A stretch of 64,000 bases of DNA from Mytilus edulis (taxonomy: Eukaryota): contig NC_092345.1 in assembly GCF_963676685.1 (NCBI RefSeq), positions 82,460,001-82,524,000 of the forward strand. The letters run 5' to 3'. The translations under genes and the position numbers were made by a program. The notes under the pieces were generated by a model. That model was given only the letters and a program-made list of their open reading frames with translations, was not told the origin of the DNA and did not search any database. Shown here one piece after another: positions 11,589 to 25,510 of this stretch (position 1 is its first letter; every line of letters starts with the position of its first letter).

Positions 11589-13438
11589 ATATCTATCCAA
11601 AAATAAGTAGTCCAAGAAGGACTATACCATTATAGTGTTTTTTTATTGGAACATCACTAATAAATCAGGACAGTATATCTTTGCTAAAAAAGAAAATATT
11701 GCCATAAAGACATTGATTAACTTATTCATGTTTTCTTGAATTTGATACATTCACTATAATATGTGCAAATTCGACAAGTTCTCAAAACATCTATTCTTGT
11801 TTGGCCAAAATTGAATCTTCACGTCCTGCTCTTGTAAGACTTGATGATTTTATATATGGTGTCTTGAATTTTTTTACCTTTAACGGGTTTAAGATAAGAT
11901 ATTTTTTTTTATATTCTATCAATTGTACGTGATTAAATGTTGGTTTTGCATTAATCAATTTATATAACTATAACGGTAATAACAATTTCTCCCTTTAGAA
12001 TGTAACCTAAACATTGTTTTCGTCTAAATTATATGACGTTATACAAATACAGTGCAAATTTACGGAACAAATAAGTTTATTCTTTTGATAAATTAATAGC
12101 ATTTTAGTATGAATTAATTTCAGGTTCTTAAACATTTATTTGACGTAATTACTTCATTCATTACTAATGAGTACATTAATGATTTTTATCTTCATGATGT
12201 AGTCAATGTTTCATCATCAGTCATGACCTTAATTTGACTGTCGATTTTTCCCCTGCGAAAGCTATGGATGCTAAGTACTTGACTAGTAAATGTGAACTCC
12301 TCATATTTTGGCTGTCTTAATTATAAGCGTAGAGTGTTAAAGATGATTTGTTTCCTCTTTTTAACGGAAAGGAGGCATATTATTATTTTTTCTGCTTTGT
12401 CTACCATAATGTTTTAGTAAAATAAAAGATGTGGAAGATACTAAGGGGACATTCAAAACTCATAAGTCGAAGACACAGTAACAATGCCTTAGCAAAAAAT
12501 CGATGATAACAAAAAGACAAACGAGTCCACATACACTTCATACAAAACTAAAAATGAACGCCACAAAATACTGTAAGTGATCTTAGGTGCTCCCATGGGA
12601 TAAGAAAATGTTTTCAACTAGTGGCATGGATCAACTTAATTGGTCAAGATCAGTACAATTTAGGTAATAAGTCTCATTCTGTCATGTTACAATCGTGTAC
12701 AAAATGGGGAAGATTGTGGTAATGATATTTTAAAGCATATCCGCTGATATCTCCGACACAGATATCCCATAAATTTCGTAAAAGTGTCAATAAAAATTTC
12801 AAAGGGGTGAATTCAACCTAAATACTTCGAACCCTTGTTTTAATAGCTTCCTTGAAAGCTGTTATCATCTAACAAGGAAATCATTATAAGAAACATGGAA
12901 TATCGTATCAACTGGGAGATATATATATTCATCTTACCTCCTATACATTTCTAAGAATATCATTGGTTAAAAGCAACCTCGGGGAGACCGTGTATATTCC
13001 ATTTTAGGTTAGTAGGTGGGTGGAGCTTTTCAATACACGGTTAGTAGGGGTGTTACGTCCCTTTATAAAAGCAAAATGGAACTGAGAAAAAATCATAAAG
13101 GTTTCAACAGACAATGAATGATAGAAATAAATACATAAAACACATTTAAAGCGTACAAGTGGTTCTTGTTGACATTCGTTTTTGAATAATCAACGATCAA
13201 TGATCAAAGGAAGTATAAAATTGAGAATGGAAATGGGAAATGTGTCAAAGAGACAACAACCCGACCATAGAACAGACAACAGCAGGAGGTTACAGTTTCT
13301 TAATGCTTATGATATTGAAGACTATGATATGTCACTAGACTAATGCAACATGTTAAAGTAGTCGGTAAGATAAATTTGTTACATAGTGCACTAGTGACTT
13401 AATACGGTATATATGTGGGCAGTAAATTCCATATGGGG

Positions 13439-13960
13439 TTTTTAAGTCAATATGCAAAAAACTAATCTCTGATTCTGGATAAAAACGAGGATTCTCTTAA
13501 ACAAGCTTTGTATATATTTGACTGCCTCGCTGCTGGTGCTGGTTTGCTATTAAATATAGATAAAACTGAAGCCATATGGGTTGGCAAAAGATCAGCCTGT
13601 AATGCAACTCTGCTACTAAATAAGAAATTATAATAGAATGCATCAGGAAAGTTTAAATTGTAGTGAATTCGTACTGACTGTTCTGATATTAATGCCAAAT
13701 CCACCAGTTTAGGTTATGCAAAAAATGAAAGGAATTTTAATCAAATTATTATGAGCTGGAAAGCCAGACAAAATAAAAAGGAAGTATTAATGACAAGGGA
13801 GGTTTAAAACTCTTCCATATAAAAAGTGTTGGTATGTACCTTGAAATGATTAGATCCCTTCAAGTTTCCCCTTGCAAGATTTCATCATTAAGTTATATAG
13901 AAAACAAGTGAGGGAATAAACTCGTGCACCTAACTTAAGAGGGTTTTGAAGCTATTGCAA
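13439..13960 (+). pseudogene. Degenerate L1/Tx1-like RT fragment
   Basis: LSQYA..., DSLKQALYIFDCLAAGAGLLLNIDKTEAIWVG. Copy at about 41650-42290, with further upstream RT remnants at about 40800-41100. Confidence 0.55.
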
Positions 13961-14553
13961 AAATGTTAGATTAGATTTAATAAAATAATGATCTAGTATT
14001 TTAACATATGTTTTTAAAGTTAACTTTTATTAATCTATAAAGAGTTACCGTTGTGAAATGCCTAAGGGAAAATTTTAATAAGTCAAGTGTTTGAGGTTAA
14101 TTACATTTTTACAGTTAAAAGGGAAAGTACAAGATTTTTCGAAAAATTCACACCAAATTAAAAGACCTTTATTATTGATTTAACATTATCCAATTGGTAT
14201 CAATTCATGACACAAAATCACTACGAAAAAAAACCCCAAAAAAAGTAATAGCACTTTTTTGCTGTTCCTCATCTTCAATTCCAATCTGAGAGAGGGCTCC
14301 ACTATGGTGTAAGTTTGTTCTCTCATTGCAGTTTTAAGACAACTCATAGCACTTGTTTGGATAGAAATCTTTACAACATTTCAGCCACGATACAAGTCGG
14401 CATAAAAGGGGCACTTTTGCACGATTCCAACCGTTTAGTTAAAATATATGTATATAAGATTTGTTTTGTCCCAATTTAAATAGTATTTATATATGCGATG
14501 AGCACGTCCTTTCTATCTATTATGAAGTTTGAGTTACTATCAGTTCTAGACGT

Positions 14554-15780
14554 TTATTCCATTCCCTGTGCAACATCAATGATAAACATTAAGTTCCCAG
14601 CAATGAATGCCACGATATAAAATATAAGTGAAATTGTATCAAAAGTTTTTGAGACATCTTGCCAAGTAATTTTCTTCGTATCACCATTGTATGCTATGCA
14701 ATGCTCAACTTTCTCCTCGTTTCCAAGATCATGAACTTGATTTTTTTCTCGACAACAAAGCTGGTATGTAACGATTTTTTTCATCCAATTTGGAATTGGC
14801 TCATCATCACTTCTGTAATAAAATCTAGAGCTCACGATGATGGATCCTACAATTAAACCACTCATAACAAGATCAATCATAAGAGTTACACAAATTGCAG
14901 AAATTCTCGGTACAGCGGATGCTGGAAGTAGTCCTTGTGCAATCGTGAGAAATACTACTACAGCTAATAAAAGAGTCACTGAAAATCCAAACCTTTCTCC
15001 TGACTCTGTCGGTAATAGAAAAACACCTATGTTCAAAAGTGCAAGAAAAATAACCGGAATGATCAATGTCATGAGTAAAAACATTGGACGTCTCTTAAAG
15101 TGGAAGGTATATGTTACCGTTGGTGTTATGGTGTTGGATACATTGACTGACGTTTTACTTAGTTCCCATTCACTATTCGTAGAATATGAAGATGTTTGAA
15201 CGGTAGAAAGTGGCGAGTTGAAAGAAATATCGGAAGAAGAAACTCCCCATCCTATAATTTGCATAGAACACACTTGTGTATCAAATGGAAAATAAGTTAT
15301 ATCAATATCACATGTGAACTTCAAATTTTGTGCTGGGAGCCATTTAACTTGTCCGTCATAAAGTACATATAATGATAAATCATCTGGATTGAAAATTGAA
15401 AATTCTTTAGCACTGTTTGAATTAATCAACGGAGGTTTCCAGATAGCGTCTGCAGGTAATATCATATACCATGCATTGTCGTAATCGGTTGTAGTCCATA
15501 TCATACTGTTATCTGTCCATACAACATCAAAATAACCAGTCATTGAAACTATTCCTTCAACTGCATTTATTTCCTGCAAGTTTATTATATAAAATTCTAT
15601 GGTAATTACTGTAGGATCGTCAAGATCTACCTCAGGTCTTAAGTATTTGTTATGTCCAGATGTAAGGTTTTGGTACAAAGAGTTCATTACGTTAAAAGAT
15701 GCTGCATCGGTGAGAGTAACAAATAATACACATAAAAATGCTCCTGTGAATTTGGCTTTTTTATTGTAATTTGATTCCAT
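14554..15780 (-). CDS. Single-ORF nAChR-like Cys-loop channel subunit, type B (about 408 aa)
   Basis: First ATG (15780) precedes the signal peptide; the track's GTG start at 15819 is unlikely. Cys-loop CDIDITYFPFDTQVC, SGERFGFSVTLLL, four TM segments. No YxCC. Confidence 0.93.
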   Translation of the reverse strand: MESNYNKKAKFTGAFLCVLFVTLTDAASFNVMNSLYQNLTSGHNKYLRPEVDLDDPTVITIEFYIINLQEINAVEGIVSMTGYFDVVWTDNSMIWTTTDYDNAWYMILPADAIWKPPLINSNSAKEFSIFNPDDLSLYVLYDGQVKWLPAQNLKFTCDIDITYFPFDTQVCSMQIIGWGVSSSDISFNSPLSTVQTSSYSTNSEWELSKTSVNVSNTITPTVTYTFHFKRRPMFLLMTLIIPVIFLALLNIGVFLLPTESGERFGFSVTLLLAVVVFLTIAQGLLPASAVPRISAICVTLMIDLVMSGLIVGSIIVSSRFYYRSDDEPIPNWMKKIVTYQLCCREKNQVHDLGNEEKVEHCIAYNGDTKKITWQDVSKTFDTISLIFYIVAFIAGNLMFIIDVAQGME

Positions 15781-18700
15781 CGTGATATAGTAATATTTTT
15801 CTTCAACTGCTACGTTCACCTGGTTTTAGGTACTTTTGGACTGACCAAGTATATATTTTTAAATTTAATTATGAGATTAAATATTAATGACTTGTTCGTG
15901 ACTAGAACACAATAACCATTGGATTAAATCATAAATATTTTCATTGGAGCAAACGATACATAAGTATATTTCTGTTGACCATTTAAAATCATATTTACCT
16001 TATAAAATTTAAAGTGGCATAATGCAAGTGATTCTCTTGCATTTCTTTTGTTTGTTAAAACACTGTTGTAAATCAAATGTAATGTTTAAACGAAAGTTTA
16101 AAGTTATATGATGAATTAAGTCTGTATTTACTTGACACAAGGTCAATATGAAAGCTCAATTTATGTAATTTGAGATTCTTTCAAGGTATATATGATGCTC
16201 TTTATATAATTCATGAAATTTTGCATACTATCCCAAAGGAAACACCAAACCAGTTTAGTAAAATATATTCCTTGCTATGAAAACGTATATATACATGTTA
16301 AGATTGCTATACGAATGCATTTTCTTGCTTATCTATTCATATTCACATGTATGATTAGAAAGGATCGTATGCAAAGAGTAAAATCATAAAAATACTGCAA
16401 GCAATAGTCTTCAGAGGTCATTCAGATGGTATATTTTCTAAATACTGATACATGAAAACGGGTCCATGCATTGTTAATTGCCTTTTGGACAAAAAAAAAA
16501 CACTCACCAAAGTTACCAGCTTTTAATTTTGTAAGTAAAACTCGCATATCGTCTTCAACAGACTCATCAGTGAGGTTCAGATAAAAAGGTCAATGGTAAA
16601 ACGAAGTACACATTATGAGAGGCGCCAATTTTGTTTTGTGTCAAACAGAGCGATAGCTCATGTAAACACATGAATACTTTAATACTACTGAGCTGAGGAT
16701 AACCTTGGTGAACCTTCATCAGCAGTGGCATCAACCCAGTGATTATAAGCTTCTTATTTTCTTTTCTTAATAAATAATAAAGATAAGTCAATATGTATTA
16801 TCATGGATGCTAAAAGAACATAGTTAAACAGACAATCATACAAAAATAATTAAATGCGATTGTACTCAATATGAGGTGAGGATGGGAAGTTGCCACATAA
16901 ACTGTACTCAACTCGCAGAATAAAGTAAACAAAACAACCCAAGGAAAATGCAAAACAGAAAGTCCCTTATTGTAAAATCAAAAGCTCAAAGAGATCAAAC
17001 GAATGGATAACAACTGTTATATTCCTGACTTGGTACAGGCATTTTCTTATGTCGAAAATAGTGGCTTAAACATGGTTTTATAGCTAGCTAAACCTCTCAT
17101 ATGTATGACAGTGAAAAACGAAACAGGGAAGCCGTGAATCTTAATCACTAAAAACAAACAAATATGTCAACAAAATGACATATAGACAAGGCATATTTGA
17201 AAAAACGAAAGAAAAGAATACAAATATAGAAAACCATAGAATGTTACTATAAATTTTAAAACGGACTAATTTAAGTGATCGTACTTTTGTCGCAAAGACT
17301 CATCCTGAGAAAAAATCAATTATAAAGCGGATCGAATCCCAGTTGTATATCTAGTATTCTTTATTTTAGTTTTAATTGGATATGAGATGATCATTATAGG
17401 TTTCCAAACGAGTGTCGATTAAATATTACTACTAGGGATGTCAACTCGTTGACGATTTACTAATCGATTACTTGTCATAACACTGCAGGACGTCAAACAA
17501 GCAGCATATAAAAGTACAGGAAATAAATGGCAGAGAAGATGGGAAATATCTGAGAGAGGCAGGGACCTTTATGAAAAAATACCAACTACAAAACACCCAA
17601 TTATTTATGATTTCCCAACTAAATGACATTACAGTATGTTCGCCCAACTAAGAACTGGCTATACAGAACTAAACTACTACAAGAACCGAGTAGGCCAAAC
17701 CAACGCCATAGAGTCATGCAACTGTGGAGCACCTAAAACGCCTCACCATTTTCTTCTGGTGTATCCCTGCTTTGAGAACGAACGAGAAGATATATAACAT
17801 CAAATATCCAAAGAGGTCGGGTCAGTAACCTGAATTTAGCTACTATGCTAACGAGGCTGGACGGCGAGAACACAGAAGAGACAAAAGCCAAACTACAAAC
17901 ACTAGCACATTACATTGACAGAACAGGCAGATTTAATACTGCTGTTCCTCAATCCCAATCCTAACCAGCGCATACCATTTTCTAATCACAGAGAAGAAAA
18001 TACGTCGAGGAAAACGCACCATTGGGACAATTCGTGCCAACAGGCCTTAAGATTGAGGATTGAGGATCGTTTGATTTACCGAGCGATACTCTATACACGG
18101 AGCAACAAAATTGTTTTTGTCTGTGACTTTTTGTCCGTGACTTCTTGTCCTACTTTCATATAACCCTTACCCTAAATAATCAACTTACTTACTTATAGCA
18201 TGTGTAAAATATTTATGTAAGTTTACAACATTGTTTTAGCATTGCATTTGATCATGATCGTTAGTATTTTTAATGTTTTGTCATTTGGTCTACATCTTAC
18301 TGGTCTGAACACTTTGTTTCGACAGGAGCGGATGTTGCAGGTATCAGGTATTGCTTGATCATACGATGTGTGGATAGAGGAGGGAATGTGTTCCTATTAA
18401 CTTGTCAATACATTAAGGGGTATTTTGACAACTCAGAAATGAAGCCATTCGACACAGTTTGGAGAAACGGCCTATGGTTTAAGATGGCATTGAATCACAT
18501 TGATGGAAAAATGACAAATAGTATGTACAACAATATAAAATCACGAGTTATATACAATAATAAAAAATCTGATTTTTTCCCATGTAACACTGGAGTTAGA
18601 CAAGGGGAAAATCTTTCCCCTCTATTATTCTCTTTATATATCAATGACCTCACTGATTTTTTGCTATCACATAATGTGAAAAGTTTGTCATCAATATCGA

Positions 18701-19213
18701 ACTCCCTTGAAACTAACCTCAATATCTATTTAAAGCTGTTCATTTTATTATATGCCGATGATACTGTTCTAATGTCAGAAACAAAGGAAGACCTTTAAAT
18801 GCAATTAAATTGCTTCAGTGAATATTGTGATACTTGGAAACTTAAAGTAAATACATCTAAGACTAAAGTTTTAATTTTCTCTAAAGGAAGACAGCCTAAT
18901 AATATTAATTTCATTAATGAAGAAAATGAAATTGAAATAGTGAAAGAATTTAAAAAGGCCAGGGCTGACCTAGATAGAAATCCGGTTGGAGAGCAATTAA
19001 GCCAATAAGGAAATGGGAGGGACCTAACTATATTATCAATTATTTATAGAAATCAGCATGGTTAAAGAAAACAAACACATGTGGAATTTACCTTTGTGTA
19101 GAAATTTATAATCCAGACTAAAACTAATAACAAATAACAAGATTATGATGATCAAAAATATTTGCATGATAATAGTTAACACTTGTAAATTAAATAGTGT
19201 AATTATTCTGTTT

Positions 19214-20811
19214 TTAATAGAAACTAGAAATGTAGTGGTTCCAAATGTTTATCCTGTAATTATATGTTAGTTTTTTGTAAATTTTCTTTCCTTTCTGTGA
19301 AGCTGGTGCATTGGGATTCCTTGATTTCCACACTGATGTAAAGCCTCTGTCCACATTCTCATTCCAATGGCATACTGCCAAATTTGATCTCAATTTATAT
19401 TGATCATCACCAAAGCAAATTCTTTTGTCTTGAAATATGTTCACCACATTATTGAAACTTTCAACATAAAATGTGTCTTTAGCAAGAATGTAATCTTGAG
19501 GATATTTATAAATAGTTGAACTTTTTATAGCAATCTCTAACATTTTTCTGGCTTTTAAATTTGTAAGTACAGTCCTAGATGGTTCATAGTTTGAATCAAA
19601 TCTGCACCTTGATGAATGATGACAATTTTCATGGCTATCACAATAATGGTTAACAATGTTATCCAAACTTTCCTTCAGTTTTAGAGAATTTTGCTCACAG
19701 TTACGGACAGCCTAGTTAATGTGTGTTGCTATGGGTTCAACTTTATCTCCTAGCTGTACACTCCAACTTATACCCTCTGAACGTTTGGTACCTTTGGAAA
19801 TCTTGGTGACAGCTTTTTTTACAGCCTTGACAGCATGCCATAAGTCATTCTGATTGACAGTAAATTGAGTGTCCCTCACAAATTTATTTACAGCCAAATT
19901 TCTATCATGTGCATGAATTTTTATGGACACATTTTATTCTCCAAATTTTCATAAATTATTTGTGTTCCAAGTCTTTCATGTCGTTGGGCAACTTTATCCT
20001 GTGACTTTGTAATATGTTCACAATCCATCATTTTGTGAGTTTTTTCTCCTAATGCTACAACTGTAGTATCTTTTGCATTTTTCCTCCAACCGTGCCTAGC
20101 ATCTGTCATGATGTTGATGCCATCTAGGTCGTCATATGTAGAAATTTCATCATTTATGGCATTGTCAACTGATTGAACACTTTCATTTTCAGCATGTTCT
20201 TTATATTTTCTAAAGAATTTTGATCTTCTCTCTTTAGTGATGCAGCCAATTCCTGCCCCATTAACAAATCTAGTGTAATGTACTGGCAAAAGTCCACTGC
20301 TATAAAATGCATGACAAATCCTGTGATTGACCAAGAACTCATCATTCGGAAGGTAAGATGATGACGACCATAAATAGGAATGTGATTTCTCCTTGGTACA
20401 CATCAGTCTTACAGATGCTACATGTCCTTTCATAGTTCTTTTCAATACTTTTAACTTTCCATTACAAATACTGGTATGTGCCTCAAAGAGTTCTCCATAT
20501 GTGTCCAAAGATTTTTCTGCAGTAACAAACAGTCCTTGGTCTACATCCTGGGTTCTTGTTTGGGAATAGGTGGATGGAAAAGGATGAAGTTCTTTCAAAT
20601 TGTCACTTCCAAGTTGTTGTTTAATCCAAAAGTCTAAAAGTTCCTCTATAATTAAACTATTGTTAACTGGCTTATTCAAAGTTGAAGTCAAATAACCCTT
20701 TACTTTTTGAAGTTTTTCCAAAATTCTACTTTTGACAGTTTCGTCACCAGGAATTTCTATTCTAAAATTGGGTGGACGTTTTCGTGAAGAATCTTGTTTT
20801 TCAGTAGCCAT
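19214..20811 (-). pseudogene. Kolobok DDE transposase (about 530 codons; frameshift near 19925, W-to-stop at 19712-19714)
   Basis: Motifs TDARHGW, HAHDRN, NDLWH, VESFNN...KR and LAVCHWNEN across three adjacent ORFs. Confidence 0.82.
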
Positions 20812-21273
20812 GACTGAAGAAACTGAAGAAATGAGCAGAAATTGGATATGAAATAATCAGGAGATTATGTTTCATGATATTCAGTTTCAACTTAGAAAAA
20901 TGTGTCTCAAGGGTTCATGATAGTTGATTTTTATATAAATAATAGTGATCTATGCAAATTTCTTTGATCATTACATGGCTTTTTCAATAAATTATTTTTA
21001 TTTTTTTTTTTAATTTCTGTGATTTGTTGTAAAAAATAGTATTTCATTTCTTGCTAAATGAATAACTACATGTACTCCCCTAATTGCCTCTGGAATTGAC
21101 ATGCAATCCCCTAATTGCCTCTGGACTTGTTTACATCTATTGAACAAATTTATGAGGTCACCTGCAGAGTCAGCAACTTTCTGTACACATAACCTGGTGA
21201 TAAAATCCAGACCAGATTATCTTTGAAGTCAGTGTAAATATGTTGTTTGTGTGCTTTCTAAATAATCCTAAAA

Positions 21274-21808
21274 ATGAGTGATAAGAAAGTTACTATGGAA
21301 TTAAGTGATATTCAATTAGAAACTATAAAACCTTTGTTTTGGCATAATGATTGGGAAATTAAAATTCTTGATGACTCTGCTGTTGCTTTTGAAAATGGCG
21401 GGAATGCACAAAATCTACACATGACCACAGAACAGAGTACTCAAACAGACAATAATGATGAAGATGAAGATGATGAAGACAATGACCAGCCTGGATTTGT
21501 TATACAGCAAGACCCGTCCAAAGAAGAATGCAGATATTGCTTTTGTAGGCCATGCATTACTGATGATCAAAACAGACAAATGTGGTGACATGGTCAGTCA
21601 GAAGTAGCCCATCAAAGAAACTCAAGGTGGTGCCTGGAATGATGATAGATATATGCTTATGAAAGCAGATGCCATGACCAGGGACCACAGAAGCCAAAGA
21701 TTTGACTGGCACAAGAGAGACATTATGCCAAAATGTGTTGTGACACTTGTGCGTTGTTGGTTTCCTAATCCTGGTGGGTTTCCATATATGGGACACATGT
21801 GGGAATAG
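21274..21808 (+). pseudogene. KolX-like accessory protein (P2X7 ballast/nanor-like), disrupted
   Basis: CRYCFCRPCIT, then a stop and a frame change, then GAWNDDRY...KRDIMPKCVVTLVRCWFPNPGGFPYMGHMWE*. Confidence 0.75.
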
Positions 21809-24800
21809 TTTTTTTGTATTCTCCTGCAGGATTTTTTATTAATTATATCGAAATCCTTTGTTTTGTATATAACACAGTTTTGGAGGGAAAATGATTGTGA
21901 CTGGATAAAATTCAATATTATGACTGTAATTACATTTTTGGCAAATTAGCTGCATATTTATTTGGTTCTTTGAATTATGAAAGAAATATAAAATGGATAT
22001 GAGGATTAAATAGGAATGGAATGAATTTATCACAACAGGTAAGGTGTTTGTTGATATTTTGCATGGAAGCATGGCTGCATGCATGGCAACATCTACTTCC
22101 TGTGTAAACAAAAACAATGTATATATCCGCCCAGCTATCAAACAAAATATATTTCAAATGAAAAGTACCTCTGCTTCATGATTTGTTTTAGGAATATAAC
22201 AAAATAGAATTAGTTAATAATTTTTATTTTTCTTGCAACAGATAATATAGTTCAGTTCTAGGTTCTGTGACAATTTTTTTTCTAAAAATCACTCTTTGAA
22301 CAAGGTTATTCTAAAAAATATGTCCCTGATATGAATGTGGCAAAGAAATTTGAATTTACCACTATTTCGTTCATTGGCTGCTATTTATACTCTTTCCCTG
22401 GCCTTTAACTACATTGGACTATTGTTAACCAGATCTGATCCTTCAATAAAACAAAGAAAAGACTATCGGAAAAAGCATGTACAACGTTATTAAAAAAACA
22501 AGGGAAGCAGTGTAATTTATCAATTGAATGCCAATTAGAGTTATTTGACAAACTGGTGAAACCAATTCTTTTATATGGATGTGAAGTATGGGGATATGGA
22601 AAAAATGACATTATTGAACAAGTTCACCTCAAATTTTTAAAGCATTTACTACACCTCAAGAGATCTACCCCAAGCATGATTGTGTACGGTGAAACTGGAC
22701 GATACCCATCGAAAATAAGCATTAAATGTCGACTGATATCATATTGGTGCAGGCTGCTTATAGATAAAAATAAGTTATCATCAATCTTATATAAATTTGT
22801 ATATTTCCGATATCACACAAACAATGATGATATTTTATGGATAAAGAACATTAAAAATATATTGGACAATGCCGGATTTTTCAAACTTATTTTATGTGCA
22901 AAATACAGCACTCACCAAATGGTTACCAAATAGTATCAAACTAAGATTAATTGACCAGTTAAAACAAATTTGGAATTCAGCTATTCAGAACACATCAAAA
23001 TGCATTACTTATAGGCTTTTTAAGGAAAAGTTTGAATTTGAGAATTATTTCAACATCATAAACGATCGAGATATATATACAATTGTAAATTCCGAACATC
23101 AAATCATTCACTGCCAATAGAAAAGGGGAGATGGCATAACATTGACAGAAGTGATAAAAAATGTCCAATATGTACGAAAAGAGATATCGGAGACGAATAT
23201 AACTATATTTTTGTTTGCCCGGATTTACAAGATGAAAGAAGAAGATTTATTCCAAATGAACTAATACTCAGACACAACATTATCAAATTTAACACACTGT
23301 TTAATTCAAAACAACCAAAGACACTAAGAGACATCTGCAATTTTATACGATGTATTAATACTAAGCTTACTCCTTCTTTTAAAACAACCATAATTTATTT
23401 ATCATACTTATACACAAAAAGTATTTCTTTATACAATTTTAGCTATTACATTTGACTGTATAAGTATATATATATTCTTTTATATGTTATTTGATCCGAA
23501 ATTTTATGCATTTTTATTTTTGTTATTATGTATATTATTTTTTTTAACTTCTCTGTAACCTTTGTACTTACATGGTTGTATGAGAATAAACTATCTATCT
23601 ATTAAACATAATATTATATAGGAATAAATTAAAAATTTGTCCCTGTTTTTTATCACTTTATAATTATCCAAAAGTATGCTTGTCATTAGATTGAAAATAA
23701 TTTTAGTACAACAAATGTATAATGTGTAATTATTTCCAATATTTTGCTAATGAGATAATCATGATAATATACATGTAATAATGACATTATCCCTAGGCTG
23801 TTTTATTACACATTTAGTCTGATTAATTGCCATTTGTCTTTAGAGCTGATAATTTTTATTTCTATAATCCTTTTGTGTTTACTTACTTGACAAAATGATT
23901 GTGTGCAGTGATTTAAAATTCTAAATGAACTGTCTTAGAAAGATTTACACATTTTGTTTAACCATACATACATGTATTGATGGTATTTACAAACATGTTA
24001 TCACTCTATGTAGATAAAGATCTTTCTTAAAAACTAAACAACACCAATATGTGATTCAATTTTTTTTAAAGTTAAAAGACTATTTATCAAACATTTCTGT
24101 GTGTCAAATAAATAATATGTATATCAATAACACAATTTCTTATCATTTACATCATAAAAGTACATGTAATTGAAACGTAATTGAAAAGTTATTTAGCATT
24201 ACATGCATTTTTCATTGTAATTAATTAAATTTCCTACATGTAATTACAAAAATGCTCAATTACACATTACATTCAATTACATGGAAAATTACAATGCATT
24301 ACACTTAATAACCTTTACATTTTCAATTACCTCATTCCTGTGTGGGAGGGACTTAGATAAGCTAAAAGTGTAAGCCTTGGAAAAAAAATGCTCGTGTTCA
24401 TATATCCTACACGTTTTTCTGTTTGGAGAAATTTTGAATGACAGTTAAACGCAAACATTCGAATTGTATTTTATTTATTTTTTCATTTTGATTAATATAT
24501 AATTTCCAGGAAAGCGCTCTCAATAAAACTATTTTTTGTTTAAACAACAACATTATAACAGGAAAACGATTAGTCGAGTATCATTTTGATAATCGATACT
24601 CGGTACTACCGAGCGATACTCGAGTACTCGTTGACACCCCTAATTATTACTACTTTAATTAAATAACGAAATTTGATATCAATCAATATCCAATTCGCAT
24701 AAGTTGTTATACCTATATCTCTTATGTTTGTCTTTTTTTAGCCATGGCGTTGTCAGTTTATAATCGATCTATGAGTTTGACTGTCCCTCTAGTATCTTTT

Positions 24801-25510
24801 GTCCCTATTTTATGTCAACACTCTCATTCCGCGAATCGTTGCACTAGTCTTTTGAACATTTTAGTATGACGTCATATGTACTTTTCCGTTGTCAAAACAA
24901 ACATTTTCAGACTTTTTGTGTGCTTCAAAATGTAATAAAATTTCACATCATGAATATTGTCCGGTGAAAAGTGTGAGTGTTTTGTATATTATTGAATATG
25001 TCCGTTGCCATGGACAAAATGTACATCGTCGTAAATTTTAAAAGGCATCAATGGCATAACGAATAGCCAATTGAAATGTTGTAATAACGTCTTATGATAC
25101 TTGATAAGCCAATCAGATTAACGCAAATTACCGTATCAATTTTTCGTAACACACTTCGTGCGGTGTGATACGAGAAATATCTATTCATGCAAGACATAGA
25201 TAACAGGCCAGATAATGCTCACGTTAATAATTTTATACACAATAATCAATAAAGTATAACATATTTTTTGGGGGGTATTACAAAAAAACATCACAAACCT
25301 TTTTCTTCGCGACAATTGACGCTCGAAGAAGATAAACAACAATGAAAAACAAAGTCCTTTTAGCCCGACTTGGAAAAGACACAACATTTGATGGGGTTAC
25401 ACAAGCATGATTGTCGTGCGCACATGCCTCTTCTGTTGGCTACCTTAACCATTTGCTGCCTTATTCGAATAAACAAAATTAGGTGAAAAGACGAAAACAG
25501 CTGTGAATGA

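Larger units (their letters stand above)
466..17270. repeat. Segmental duplication unit 1
   Basis: Begins TTAAGTGATCGTAC, as at 17271 and 45198. Collinear with unit 2 at an offset of about 20,248 over about 2900-11900. Confidence 0.9.
18954..22404. mobile_element. Kolobok DNA transposon (3.45 kb)
   Basis: TTAA TSD at 18950-18953 and 22405-22408, TIRs AGGCCAGGG / CCCTGGCCT, empty site GAATTTAACTAC in units 1 and 3, and two divergently oriented ORFs. Confidence 0.9.
18443..23600 (+). mobile_element. RTE-X-like LINE copy 2, interrupted by Kolobok
   Basis: GVRQGENLSP and LYADDT motifs. Sequence resumes at 22405 exactly where it broke at 18953. Confidence 0.85.
17433..24642. mobile_element. hAT-like element copy 2 (contains LINE and Kolobok)
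   Basis: Same TIRs as copy 1. TSD ATTACTAC / ATTATTAC (one mismatch). Confidence 0.85.

Noticed and set aside
15781-15819. GTG-initiated N-terminal extension of gene B (likewise TTG at 61078 for gene C)
   Set aside because: Eukaryotic locus; the downstream ATG sits directly before a signal peptide.
16538-16580. Minus-strand hammerhead-like motif (also about 43810-43852)
   Set aside because: CTGATGA and stem II are present, but GAAA is GATA and stems I and III are lost; an inactive relic.
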